Origin: a virus
Taxonomy: Duplodnaviria; Caudoviricetes
Reading direction: 5' to 3' (one strand)
Virus record (IMG/VR): IMGVR_UViG_3300036760_001531
Location: 1 to 62,490 of that record
DNA length: 62,490 bases
Positions 35,948 through 44,533 of the stretch are shown piece after piece (the stretch's first letter is position 1; the number at the start of each line of letters is the position of its first letter). Made by a program: the position numbers and the translations under genes. Under the pieces are notes generated by a model. That model was not told where the DNA came from, searched no databases, and saw only the letters and a list, made by a program, of their open reading frames with translations.

Positions 35948-38112
35948 TACTTGGCACCTCCCGGATTAGACGCCGGGGCGGGCGGGGGCCGTAACGCAGC
36001 TTTGGCTTGCGCCAAGGCCAGGTGGGCTTGAGCGAGGACTAATTGCACCTTGGCCGCCTCTGTATCTGCCTGACGCTGGGTAAGTTCAGCCTGGGCCAGA
36101 GTCAGGTCTGGCTTAAACTCATCCTCGACCCCGGTAGCACCCGTTCCCGGCTCAGGCCTTCCCTCGACCTCAGCCTTTGCCAATGCCAGGGCCGCCTTGC
36201 CCTCGTGTTCTTTCGCCTTGGCCAAATTCATCTCAGCCTTGGCCTGTTCCGATTGGGCCTTCATTTCGGCCAGGGCCGCCTCCGCCGTCGCCGCCGCTTG
36301 CTGCGCCTGGATTAGGGACTCCTGCTGCTTCTGCTGGGCCGCATCAACCCGGTCTGCCGTATCCTGGTCCACAAAAACATTTTCATTTTGCAGTTGGAGG
36401 CGCTTTTCGGTAGAAAGGCAGATTGAATATGGCTTGAGATACGGCTGAAAGAGGGGATTTTCGCTCATGGGCAAGATCACGTCCCGAATATTCCGCCAAA
36501 TCTCTGCGTCCTTCATCAGGGCCGAAATCCCGGCGACCCGGAAATTGCCGGTAGTCAACTGCGGCAAGTTGAGGCCGGTAGGAAACTCATCGGAGACGGG
36601 CACCCGGTACTGATCGGCCACCTCCTGCCCCATCAACATCGCCAATTCCTCGTAAGTGATGTTGATGGCCACCGTCTCGGCCCCGGCCAAAATTGCATTC
36701 AGGGCTCCATCCTCTAGGTTCTTCCCCATAGATCCCACAATGGTCATGGACTGGTCCAAGTTCTGGGCGGCTTCCCGGGCCGTCACTTCGGCCCGATAAC
36801 CCGGTGCACCCATGGCGGAGTAATCCATCAGGCCGCCGTCCTGGTGTCTCTGGTCGTAAAAATTCAAAATAGCAATGGCCTCGCCTACCTGGGACTTAAT
36901 ATCGGTTGCCCGCACCACCTGGTGCCCCTGGGCTGAACCATGGGTCTGCCAGATTTTCCCGGGATAAACATCAACGTCCCTTTGGTCCACTAAAGACTGA
37001 ACATCGACCTCTATCATCGGGTTGACCATCCAGTTCAGGTGGTCGGCGTGGAGGCTCATAAGGTTGCACATCAGATACCAAAGGCTTTTGATCCCCTGGA
37101 TCAGACCCCTTCCATCAAATCTAAGAAGGTGCGGCAGGGCGCTGAAACCGATGCCTGGCCACCTCAGGGTGGGATAAGGACTGGCCTTGGGAAGACCGAT
37201 AACCCGACCCCCCGCGGTGGTAAAAGAGGCGTTGGGTAGCAACATCTCTCCCCTTCGGTCCAAAACCGTGCCCCAAAACTCCGAAGTTAACGCCGCCTTT
37301 TGGTAGGAGGATTTGCTCCACACCATGGCCTTCCGTCGGGCAATCTCTGTTTCCGAAAGATTGGGATCTTGGCTTTGGCCCCAACTCCCGGCCGGGCCGA
37401 AGTCGCCGATATTGACAAAACGCCCCTCCCGCTCCCATTCTTTCAGGAGGTGATAGGGCATGTATTCCTGGTGAATCCAATACATCCCTGATTGCGGCTG
37501 CCGGGAAACTGCGTCCGGATCCCGGTGAATCTTCCAGGGTTCCACCAAGATGTAGCGCAGCCCCTTGCCCGGTCGCCACACCGGGATCATCTCCATAGAC
37601 TGCCCCACCGCCAGGCTCATGCCGGTGGCGTCCACAAAATTGATGGGGAAATTGGCATAATTCCGGGCTAACATGGTCCCCATCAACTTCTTCCAGAATT
37701 CCACTGCCTTGTCGTCCCTCTCGTTCTCGATGGACAAAAACTCTACATCGAAGGCCTTGCGGACGATGGACATCCCGAACTGCACCAATTTGAAGGGCTT
37801 GGGGTAAATTACCCGAGACTGCCACGTCTCTTTGTGAGCGTAGTTGTAGGGCTCTTCTTCGTTGTAAACCCGCCAACATTCATCTTGCGCCATTCGGATG
37901 TCGGTCATGGCCTGCACCGAGGTCTTGACGCAATCATTCAAGAAGCTGACGAAGTGCGGCTCATCCTCCCCGGCGTAGGCTTGTGCAGCCTCTTCCCGCT
38001 CCTGCAGCTCCTTGGAATCCATCTCGGCTTTCGAGGGGCCGCCCCGGCTAGCCTGGTGGATCGCCCGCTTCATTGCGGCTTCTTGATCTTCGCTGGGCAG
38101 GTAAATGGCCAT
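35947..38112 (-). CDS. Portal protein (P22-like, C-terminal helical barrel)
   Basis: 721 aa after terL; G.GLI, PGKIW and TA.EA motifs; Q/A-rich C-terminal helix. Confidence 0.88.
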   Translation of the reverse strand: MAIYLPSEDQEAAMKRAIHQASRGGPSKAEMDSKELQEREEAAQAYAGEDEPHFVSFLNDCVKTSVQAMTDIRMAQDECWRVYNEEEPYNYAHKETWQSRVIYPKPFKLVQFGMSIVRKAFDVEFLSIENERDDKAVEFWKKLMGTMLARNYANFPINFVDATGMSLAVGQSMEMIPVWRPGKGLRYILVEPWKIHRDPDAVSRQPQSGMYWIHQEYMPYHLLKEWEREGRFVNIGDFGPAGSWGQSQDPNLSETEIARRKAMVWSKSSYQKAALTSEFWGTVLDRRGEMLLPNASFTTAGGRVIGLPKASPYPTLRWPGIGFSALPHLLRFDGRGLIQGIKSLWYLMCNLMSLHADHLNWMVNPMIEVDVQSLVDQRDVDVYPGKIWQTHGSAQGHQVVRATDIKSQVGEAIAILNFYDQRHQDGGLMDYSAMGAPGYRAEVTAREAAQNLDQSMTIVGSMGKNLEDGALNAILAGAETVAINITYEELAMLMGQEVADQYRVPVSDEFPTGLNLPQLTTGNFRVAGISALMKDAEIWRNIRDVILPMSENPLFQPYLKPYSICLSTEKRLQLQNENVFVDQDTADRVDAAQQKQQESLIQAQQAAATAEAALAEMKAQSEQAKAEMNLAKAKEHEGKAALALAKAEVEGRPEPGTGATGVEDEFKPDLTLAQAELTQRQADTEAAKVQLVLAQAHLALAQAKAALRPPPAPASNPGGAK

Positions 38113-38118
38113 TGGTCC

Positions 38119-38364
38119 CTATCTTTTAGGAAAAGGCATCTTCTGTACGTGCTCACCCACCATCTTCACCGGGGGCCGACGCTTTTTCGGGACATGGTTC
38201 GGCAACCCCTTCTCCGGGGTGGTGGCAAATTCCTGTAAATCGCTCGGCTTCATGCTCTTAGCCATTTTTGCCGAGGGTGTCCCGGGTTTGGGCTGCATCT
38301 TGCCTTCCTGGATGGCCGTGGCCATCCCCGCCGCTTTACGCATGGCTTTACTTGGTGCGGGCAT
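38119..38364 (-). CDS. DUF3008-like small basic protein
   Basis: MPAPSKA.RKAAG.A...SM...L.EFA.T..KGLP signature. Confidence 0.75.
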   Translation of the reverse strand: MPAPSKAMRKAAGMATAIQEGKMQPKPGTPSAKMAKSMKPSDLQEFATTPEKGLPNHVPKKRRPPVKMVGEHVQKMPFPKR

Positions 38365-38603
38365 CAGCTTTTCCCCCAATCTATGAGGTCATAGTTCTGT
38401 CGGAACTTGTCCGAGGGGGTGTGCCGGCAAGGGGCCAGGTCCCCCGTTGGGTAGGGCGGCTCGCCACTCCACCCCTTCTCCGGGATCACCAGCTTCCCGT
38501 CCACCACGCTCTTGAAACATTCCTGGCCCTGTGGCTCCCCGTCGGGCCCCGTCCCGGTAAACACCTTCATGGGCCACCAGCCTTTGTAACCAGAGGTATC
38601 CAT
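38364..38603 (-). CDS. Hypothetical protein
   Basis: Coupled at both ends; C-terminal S.KFR.NYD.I.W motif. Confidence 0.7.
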   Translation of the reverse strand: MDTSGYKGWWPMKVFTGTGPDGEPQGQECFKSVVDGKLVIPEKGWSGEPPYPTGDLAPCRHTPSDKFRQNYDLIDWGKS

Positions 38604-40069
38604 TAAGCCCTGGGCCCTCCCGTCGCATAACTTTGAATCCTCTGTTTGACTCTGACCGCCGCCTTGCGGTAGTCCCCCAGGTGAGCTCGGCGGTCAAGGG
38701 CCGGTAACAACACCCCGACCGCATTGGCCCAGGCATCACAGGGATGACTGTGAACATCCTTATCCGGCTTGACATTCTTGAGAACATTGCCGGAATTGTC
38801 CGTCTTGTAGTGCCAGGCCCCCCGCAACCCTTTGTCCAGAAGCTTGTTGTCGTTGGAAAGCAGCACCAGGGAGTCGCCGCGGTGGTCGCCGTCCTGGAGG
38901 GCCCGGGCGATATGCCGCTTCATGGTTTCCCACTTGGAGGGGCCGGCCTCGAAGAAGATCCCCGGCAACTTCAGAAACTTGCGGAAGGCTTCTTCTACGA
39001 CCTTGGCCGCCGATTCGTTCCGGTTGCTCTGGTCCGGCTGCTTCATGGTGAAGTCACCGCCGATCCGCCAGGAATTGGGTTTTCCCTTCCATTTGGGAGA
39101 ATTAAGCAGGGGGATTACCTGGGTGTGGATCAGGGTGCGGATGTCCGAGTTCTGTAAACGCAGGGTGTCGATGAAGGTCAGACGGCCAGTGGAAGTGATC
39201 TGCCCCAAGCAGCAGGCCGGGTTATGCCAAGAATCGAAGAAGGCGAAAGAGACCAGCCCGGGGGCTGGGGCCAAAATGTCCGGGCACAGGTGCCGTTCCC
39301 GCTTATACTGCGGCGTTACCTTTTCACCTCGGTACACCGCGGCGAACTCACCTTTGACATACCGGGCATAGGCGGCCTCATCATTCTCGTACATCTTCTT
39401 GGCCATCTGACGAGACTCTTCCTTGAGGTGAGTGTTCTCGCCATAAGGCACAAACCAGACCTGTTTCTGCACCAGGGGAAATTTGGGGTCGAAGTCCTCT
39501 TCCTCGATGAAACGGCGGTGCGTCCAGTGCTCCTCGTCCGCCGGGTTCATGTCCACGATCAGCCGGCCGGGAGTGACCTTGCGCCGGACGGCCCGGATGC
39601 CCGCCACGTTATAGGTTTCTTCTGATAGTCCGGCATTGGCCTTGTCGGCGATGGGGGCGGGCTCATTCAGCCAAATCAGGGAGTAAGCCGATGATCCTTG
39701 CAGCTTCCCCAAGCTGGCCGGGTCATCAATGCCGAACAGGTCCACGTCGATGCGGAGGTTGCCGAAGATGGTTAGTTCCTTGTATTCATTCTTAAAGCGG
39801 TAGAATCTGGTGGGGTTGTCTGGGAAAAATTCCTCGAAGAACTCCTGCACGGAAGGAACGATGCTCAACTTGATGTTTTCTAAGGTATCCCTAACAATGG
39901 CGCACCTTATCGGCTGGCCGCAACGTGCCGCGTGGTATATCATGGTGGCGATACAACCGAAGGTTTTGCCTTCTCCTAAAGGCGCCACCAGAATGGTGAT
40001 CGTTTTCTCTGATTCAATAAAGTCCTGGATAGTAGGAGAAAACTTATCCAGTAAATCAAACTGGTCCAT
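38603..40069 (-). CDS. terL: Terminase large subunit
   Basis: APLGEGKT Walker A, IWLNE Walker B variant, DMNP motif, C-terminal SHPCDA nuclease motif. Confidence 0.92.
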   Translation of the reverse strand: MDQFDLLDKFSPTIQDFIESEKTITILVAPLGEGKTFGCIATMIYHAARCGQPIRCAIVRDTLENIKLSIVPSVQEFFEEFFPDNPTRFYRFKNEYKELTIFGNLRIDVDLFGIDDPASLGKLQGSSAYSLIWLNEPAPIADKANAGLSEETYNVAGIRAVRRKVTPGRLIVDMNPADEEHWTHRRFIEEEDFDPKFPLVQKQVWFVPYGENTHLKEESRQMAKKMYENDEAAYARYVKGEFAAVYRGEKVTPQYKRERHLCPDILAPAPGLVSFAFFDSWHNPACCLGQITSTGRLTFIDTLRLQNSDIRTLIHTQVIPLLNSPKWKGKPNSWRIGGDFTMKQPDQSNRNESAAKVVEEAFRKFLKLPGIFFEAGPSKWETMKRHIARALQDGDHRGDSLVLLSNDNKLLDKGLRGAWHYKTDNSGNVLKNVKPDKDVHSHPCDAWANAVGVLLPALDRRAHLGDYRKAAVRVKQRIQSYATGGPRA

Positions 40070-40083
40070 GCTAAAGCAATAGC

Positions 40084-40165
40084 ATTATAAAAGTGGAAAT
40101 CCAGGGTGAAATTTACCCTTGACAAAGAATATTTTCTTTAGTATTTGGGTTAAAACAGAATATTG
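40084..40165. promoter_or_regulatory. Divergent promoter region between terL and the AbrB-like gene
   Basis: TATAAT on minus at 40084-40089; TTGACA on plus at 40119-40124 overlapped by palindrome AAAGAA-TATT-TTCTTT; second AGAATATT near 40157. Confidence 0.55.
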
Positions 40166-40179
40166 AGGGGCTTTTTATT

Positions 40180-40374
40180 ATGAAAAAGGTTAATGTTCGC
40201 GGTGAGGGGAAGTTAAAGCCAACAATGCACCGAAAGGTGCGTGTTATCGGCGGTTCTTACTGTATTGCCTTGCCAAAAGCGTTCATCATGCAACATCAAC
40301 TTAAAAAAGGTGACTTATTGGCATTGATTTTCGGGGAGAGTTTGCGAATAACGCCGGTAAATAAAGGGGAATAG
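40180..40374 (+). CDS. AbrB/MazE/SpoVT-family DNA-binding protein
   Basis: RKVRVIGGSYCIALPK...LKKGD...L.ITP. Confidence 0.85.
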   Translation: MKKVNVRGEGKLKPTMHRKVRVIGGSYCIALPKAFIMQHQLKKGDLLALIFGESLRITPVNKGE

Positions 40375-40376
40375 GA

Positions 40377-40576
40377 CTATTCCCCCATAATCTCGATCAT
40401 TGAACACTTCTGTTGTCCACAATTAGGGCATGGGCACTCAAAACCTTTCTTCCGGTCACGACCTCCGCTATCGGCACGCTATACATGGGCAAATCATCCG
40501 AAACGGCGTTCCACTCATTTCCACAGGCTTCACACCTGATCACCCCAAAGGTCCATTCGTTAGCGAGGTGGGCCAT
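40377..40576 (-). pseudogene. Frameshifted zinc-ribbon gene
   Basis: CEACGNEWNAV and FECPCPNCG lie in different frames; removing 11 nt between two ATAGCG copies restores a 62-aa ORF. Confidence 0.45.
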
Positions 40577-40585
40577 TGTAAGGTT

Positions 40586-40861
40586 TCATTCTCCCGCCCG
40601 GCCCCGCAGGTTCACCCCCGGGGGCAACCCGCCGGTAACCGGGATGATGCGCTTAGGCAACACCTGGCCCACCAACTGGCCGGCAATGGCCACCCCTTCG
40701 GAGAGCAGTTGTAAAATCAGGGGCAGGTTGTCCAGGGGGCCGAACAGAGCAATGCCTCCCGTCTTGGTAAGCACCACCTTCACCTCTGCCGCGATGTCCT
40801 CCGGGTTCAGTTTCGGCAAGACCGGCCCTTTCCCCAGATTGCCGTTGTCATCCGCTCCCAT
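40586..40861 (-). CDS. Hypothetical protein
   Basis: GAGGAG SD before MGADDNG; operon orientation. Confidence 0.65.
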   Translation of the reverse strand: MGADDNGNLGKGPVLPKLNPEDIAAEVKVVLTKTGGIALFGPLDNLPLILQLLSEGVAIAGQLVGQVLPKRIIPVTGGLPPGVNLRGRAGE

Positions 40862-41150
40862 GGAGTTTCTCCTCGTCGATTTTATTATCCCCACACCAGT
40901 CTGTCGCAAACACCACCGGCCAGCCCGCCAGGGTGGGGGCATGGCGCCGGCACCGGCCCAGGTGGGTGGTGAGGTGGACTTGCTCTGCAAGAGGAAGGGC
41001 TTCTTCTACGTTGATAGGGTTGCCCACAAAGCCATGTTTCTTCCGTAATTCCTCCACCACGTCCACCTGCTTCGGCACCTTCGGCACGAAAAACATGCAG
41101 GTTTTGCAGAGCATATTCTCAGAGCGATGTTTCCAGTTGTCAGGCATCAT
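40848..41150 (-). CDS. Four-Cys HiPIP-like small protein
   Basis: CKTCMFF...GRCRRHAP...WP.V...DWCG. Confidence 0.65.
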   Translation of the reverse strand: MMPDNWKHRSENMLCKTCMFFVPKVPKQVDVVEELRKKHGFVGNPINVEEALPLAEQVHLTTHLGRCRRHAPTLAGWPVVFATDWCGDNKIDEEKLHGSG

Positions 41151-41356
41151 TCATTCCTCGCTATGGCGGCGTTAGCCCACATCACCGCCTCTTCCAGTTT
41201 GGTTTGGGCCAGAGACCGCTCCCTAGATTCAGGACAAAGATTGTTTATCAGGTAGGCAAGCTCTTTGGCCAACGCACGAAGTTTTTCATACTTCTTCGGC
41301 TGGTCTTCCTTGGGCGGATGATAGGTAAACCGTTTCTCAATCTCTTTGTCAATCAT
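41147..41356 (-). CDS. Acb2/Tad1-like helical hairpin protein (putative cyclic-nucleotide sponge)
   Basis: FTYHPP...Y..LR...CP.SRERSLA.TKLEEAVMWANAAIAR. Confidence 0.75.
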   Translation of the reverse strand: MIDKEIEKRFTYHPPKEDQPKKYEKLRALAKELAYLINNLCPESRERSLAQTKLEEAVMWANAAIARNE

Positions 41357-41367
41357 AGGTTTCTCCT

Positions 41368-41982
41368 TTAAAGTGGTCTCTTCTGCATCACCCAGAAATA
41401 AGAATGAAATTTTCGAGCGTGTCGCTGCACCTTGTGTTTAGGGTGCATCATCCGGTTTTTAGCCAGCAGCACGAAGAGGTCCTTGGGCACGAACCCCAGG
41501 GACTTCCCCATGGCGTAAATCTCGGCATGGGTGAAATTGTTCACCCCGGAGAGCACCCCGTCCTGGCACTTGAAGATGAGCCAGCCCCCGGGGACCAGGA
41601 CCCGGTGAATCTCCCGCATGGCCAGAAAGTAGAAGTTCCACAGGTCCCGGATGGTCCCCACCAGTTCCCCAAACCTGGCCTTGAGGGTGGCGCCGGGCCC
41701 CGTCCGGGCCATGAAGGGCGGGTCGAACATGACCGAATAAAGACAGCTATTCTTGAGCGGTAAAGCACGCACATCAGCCGGAATGACAGGGAAAATTATA
41801 TTTGGGTGCCAATGCTTGAGCGGTTTAGGATTCAGGTCGAACCGGAACCGGGGTAAAGGCATTTCCCGGTAGAAGCAGCCAGCCCCGAAGGTCACGTCCG
41901 CCTGAATCGGCCCGGTATGCAAGTCCACGATGTTCTGCAGGATCTCAGCCTGGGAGAAGGAGATGGACTTAATTATCGGCAT
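41368..41982 (-). CDS. Orphan amino-DNA methyltransferase
   Basis: DVTFGAG SAM-binding motif, FDPPF catalytic motif, RVL.PGG.LIFKCQD, HARK.HSYF. Confidence 0.85.
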   Translation of the reverse strand: MPIIKSISFSQAEILQNIVDLHTGPIQADVTFGAGCFYREMPLPRFRFDLNPKPLKHWHPNIIFPVIPADVRALPLKNSCLYSVMFDPPFMARTGPGATLKARFGELVGTIRDLWNFYFLAMREIHRVLVPGGWLIFKCQDGVLSGVNNFTHAEIYAMGKSLGFVPKDLFVLLAKNRMMHPKHKVQRHARKFHSYFWVMQKRPL

Positions 41983-42115
41983 CAAACCCCGCCATCACCT
42001 GATAAAACAGCAACCCCACCGCCGTAGCCAGGGCCATGAGGGTCAGCCCCAGGAAAATCAGAGGGGAAAAAATCGTCAGGCCGGTTTCGATAAGTCCCGT
42101 CTCGTTCTCTGACAT
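41969..42115 (-). CDS. Small membrane protein (48 aa)
   Basis: GAGGA SD; one long hydrophobic segment. Confidence 0.55.
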   Translation of the reverse strand: MSENETGLIETGLTIFSPLIFLGLTLMALATAVGLLFYQVMAGFDADN

Positions 42116-42125
42116 GGCTATATCC

Positions 42126-42341
42126 TCAGTTTTGTTTCACGCCCCGGAAAGTGTTCTTGATCTCCTGGATGAAGAACCGGCCCACCGACTCGGCATCTCT
42201 GAACCGCTCCCAGAGTTCGTGAGGCACCCCCTCATAGGTGTACCGGGCCCCAGAGTTGAAAACCACAGTCAAACGCTCTGTCTCTTCATCGTATTCGATG
42301 CGAATGATGGTGGACGACGCCACCGGGATCATCTCGGGCAT
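42126..42341 (-). CDS. KTSC domain protein
   Basis: V.SS.I..I.YD...L.V.F.SG..Y.Y..VP...A.S.G.FF...IK. Confidence 0.9.
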   Translation of the reverse strand: MPEMIPVASSTIIRIEYDEETERLTVVFNSGARYTYEGVPHELWERFRDAESVGRFFIQEIKNTFRGVKQN

Positions 42342-42583
42342 GGGGGCCGTCTCCTTTGGAATTTCTCTACATAAGGCCATTCAGGGAATTGGCGCCACAG
42401 GTCCCCGAATAAGATCATGCCGACGCCTCTCAGTTTGTTGTAGAAGGAGGACTCGCTGACCCCCAGAGCAACGGCAGCCCGCATGATGCAGCGATGTCGC
42501 CGGTAGAAGTCACGGACCATAACCGGGACCGAATCATAGTCGTGGTGTCTTGATAAGGCTATCCAGTCAATCCGTGGGGCCAT
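42329..42583 (-). CDS. Fis-like HTH protein
   Basis: AAVALGVSESSFYNKLR. Confidence 0.6.
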   Translation of the reverse strand: MAPRIDWIALSRHHDYDSVPVMVRDFYRRHRCIMRAAVALGVSESSFYNKLRGVGMILFGDLWRQFPEWPYVEKFQRRRPPCPR

Positions 42584-42598
42584 GCGGCACCTCACTCA

Positions 42599-42754
42599 TC
42601 AGCACCACCCCGGCCGGAGCCACCAACTCTCCGGGATCAAGTAAAGCTGGGCGCCCCAATTCATCGCCCGATCCAAGAGCGGCTCCCCCAACTTCTTCCC
42701 CCGGGCCGGCACGAAATAGAAGCAGTCAATCTCGGTCTTTACGGTGTGGGCCAT
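42599..42754 (-). CDS. Hypothetical protein (51 aa)
   Basis: GGGGAG SD before MAHTVK. Confidence 0.5.
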   Translation of the reverse strand: MAHTVKTEIDCFYFVPARGKKLGEPLLDRAMNWGAQLYLIPESWWLRPGWC

Positions 42755-42756
42755 GG

Positions 42757-43002
42757 CTACTCCCCAAGGGGCACTTCGCCCATCTTCCTGGTGCCCTCTT
42801 TTAGTTTCTTCGCCAAAACTGCGGTTCTGGCGGCAGACTCGGCGGCCAACTGAAGTGAGAAGGCCAGCAGGTCCTCCACGTCGTTCATCCCGTCCCGGCT
42901 CAGGGTCTCGGAGAAATAGCCTTTGTCGAAAAGGCAATCCACCAACTGCTTCGCCTGGGCTTGGTAGTGGGGTTCGATTTTCTTTTCTTCGGGCATGGTC
43001 AT
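42757..43002 (-). CDS. Hypothetical protein
   Basis: ATGA overlap with the upstream gene. Confidence 0.65.
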   Translation of the reverse strand: MTMPEEKKIEPHYQAQAKQLVDCLFDKGYFSETLSRDGMNDVEDLLAFSLQLAAESAARTAVLAKKLKEGTRKMGEVPLGE

Positions 43003-43262
43003 TCCCCTTCCACGAGCTTGAGGCAGGCCAGGCCGAAAATGGCCAGGACCGCCAGGTCCTTGAGTTCATGTTGGACTTGTTCCGGAATGTTGTGGCGCAC
43101 CGCCTCAACGAGTTCGTGATATTCCTCGGTGATGGCGCCCAGGATTTCATGGGGGGAAGAGAAAGCCCCATCTCCCTTAGCCAGGATGACCTTTTCCATG
43201 TGTTCTTTCACATCTGAGGCGGCGGCCCAAAGCAAGTCAGAAGGAACGGGGGTTCTTTTCAT
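42999..43262 (-). CDS. MazG-like all-alpha NTP pyrophosphohydrolase
   Basis: S.HE..G.I.EE..EL.EAV...EL.DLA..AI. Confidence 0.7.
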   Translation of the reverse strand: MKRTPVPSDLLWAAASDVKEHMEKVILAKGDGAFSSPHEILGAITEEYHELVEAVRHNIPEQVQHELKDLAVLAIFGLACLKLVEGE

Positions 43263-43423
43263 TGGGCATCACCTCTCTCCGGCGGCGACGCCACCGGCCC
43301 CCGGGCCTCCCCCGTCTCCGGGTTCATCCGCTCCATGTGCATCGGGCACATCTCCTGGGCCCCTTCTTCCCCCAGGAGGCAGCCTTCTTCTTCCCACCAA
43401 AAACAGCGACAGCCGGCCATCAT
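43259..43423 (-). CDS. Small Cys-containing protein
   Basis: ATGA overlaps at both ends. Confidence 0.5.
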   Translation of the reverse strand: MMAGCRCFWWEEEGCLLGEEGAQEMCPMHMERMNPETGEARGPVASPPERGDAQ

Positions 43424-43614
43424 TGCCTCACCGGTAGGCCGGAAACCAACATATCGTCCAAACGCTGGGCGATAGTCAAAACGGCGCAGCTCCCCGTACC
43501 GTCCTTTTGGGCGTTCCACCAGGCGCATAACTCCTGATCGCACTCGTCAAAATTGGTGTAGGAATACTCGCCATTCGGTTGGTTGTAAGTGGTTATCTTC
43601 TTAGGACACCGCAT
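43420..43614 (-). CDS. Small Cys-containing protein
   Basis: AAGGAGG SD; CP...C....CAWW...C motif. Confidence 0.65.
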   Translation of the reverse strand: MRCPKKITTYNQPNGEYSYTNFDECDQELCAWWNAQKDGTGSCAVLTIAQRLDDMLVSGLPVRQ

Positions 43615-43741
43615 CTCTACTCGCCTCCTTTAAACCGGGGCCCAGGCGCCCGCCCAGACCCCGTACATTCAAATCAATCCACTTGGCCGGGTTCTTACCT
43701 ATCCATGGTGCCGCACCCCCGGGCGGTCGAGAAGTTTGGTA

Positions 43742-43818
43742 TGGAGGCCCCGGACTGGAATCGAACCGTCAACCCGCTGCTTACAAGGCAGCCGCTCTAC
43801 CGTTGGAGCTACGGGGCC
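43742..43818 (-). tRNA. trnT: tRNA-Thr(UGU) with encoded CCA
   Basis: Acceptor GGCCCCG/CGGGGCC, D arm GCTC/GAGC, anticodon stem GCTGC-CTTGTAA-GCAGC, T loop TTCGATT; one bulged A in the T stem. Confidence 0.9.
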
Positions 43819-44027
43819 CCTTTTGATAATTTCTCACGCCTTTCCCTGGCATATTGCACCCCTTCTTGATGATGGGGGTGCGGCGAGTCCCGATGGACCT
43901 CGATGTAGTTGTCCAACCATTTGAGATATGACCACGCTGACCCCTGGCTGCCGTCTGCATGGGTCCCCAAGCCGTCAATATATTTTTTCTCGTCAAACCC
44001 TGTCCAAATAGGATAATCCCTAGCCAT
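43809..44027 (-). CDS. Hypothetical protein overlapping the tRNA 5' end
   Basis: GGAGGT SD before MARDY; stop TAG at 43809-43811 is inside the tRNA. Confidence 0.65.
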   Translation of the reverse strand: MARDYPIWTGFDEKKYIDGLGTHADGSQGSAWSYLKWLDNYIEVHRDSPHPHHQEGVQYARERREKLSKGAP

Positions 44028-44049
44028 CAAAAACCTCCATGGATTCTCT

Positions 44050-44435
44050 ATAAAACGCCGGGGATTCACCGAGGCTCCCCGGCGGCCCCTCCCTGTTTTG
44101 GGCCCAGGGACGCGGCCGGTCCTGGCGAATACCGGGCGTTCATTGGAATCCCGTCTCCTTCCAGGTATCTTGGCCCGCCATGCAGAAGAGTCCTGGGGGA
44201 ATGTCGGTTGCCGCCTCCTACTTCCCCCAAGCGGGTTTTCAGAGTGCCCTCGGACCCCGACTTGAGAGGGCCGTCAACCCCCAGGAATCCCAAGGGCCGG
44301 ATTCTTACCGGGCTGGCAAGATTGGACCAGTTATGGAGATCCCAACCTCCACTAAACCTCTTCCTCGATTTTACGAGAGGGTCGATCACCTACTTGCCTA
44401 TTTAGGTTTCGCTCCCGTCGAGCCACCCCAGGATT
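44050..44435 (-). ncRNA. Candidate structured non-coding RNA / long leader
   Basis: About 390 nt without a convincing gene after a sigma70-like promoter; several GC-rich stems. Confidence 0.4.
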
Positions 44436-44440
44436 GCCAA

Positions 44441-44470
44441 ACCCTACCACCTTGACCTTACCCTTGTCAA
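44441..44470 (-). promoter_or_regulatory. Leftward promoter of the tRNA/accessory operon
   Basis: TTGACA-18 nt-TAGGGT with TG extended -10. Confidence 0.6.
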
Positions 44471-44477
44471 GCTATAA

Positions 44478-44490
44478 TGACATATTGGCA
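44478..44490. promoter_or_regulatory. Operator-like site 1
   Basis: TGACA-TAT-TGGCA. Confidence 0.65.
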
Positions 44491-44533
44491 AACATTTAAA
44501 AATGAAAAATTGTCCAGACAGGTCGTATTGAGT

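Noticed and set aside
44066-44389. 107-aa ORF in the structured region
   Set aside because: Gly/Pro/Arg-rich with no recognisable motif; structure explains the region better, though coding is not fully excluded
43742-44435. Possible tmRNA (GGCTCGACGGG near 44415 plus a tRNA-like 3' end)
   Set aside because: The 3' end belongs to a complete tRNA-Thr cloverleaf; no G3-U70 alanine acceptor or tag peptide found
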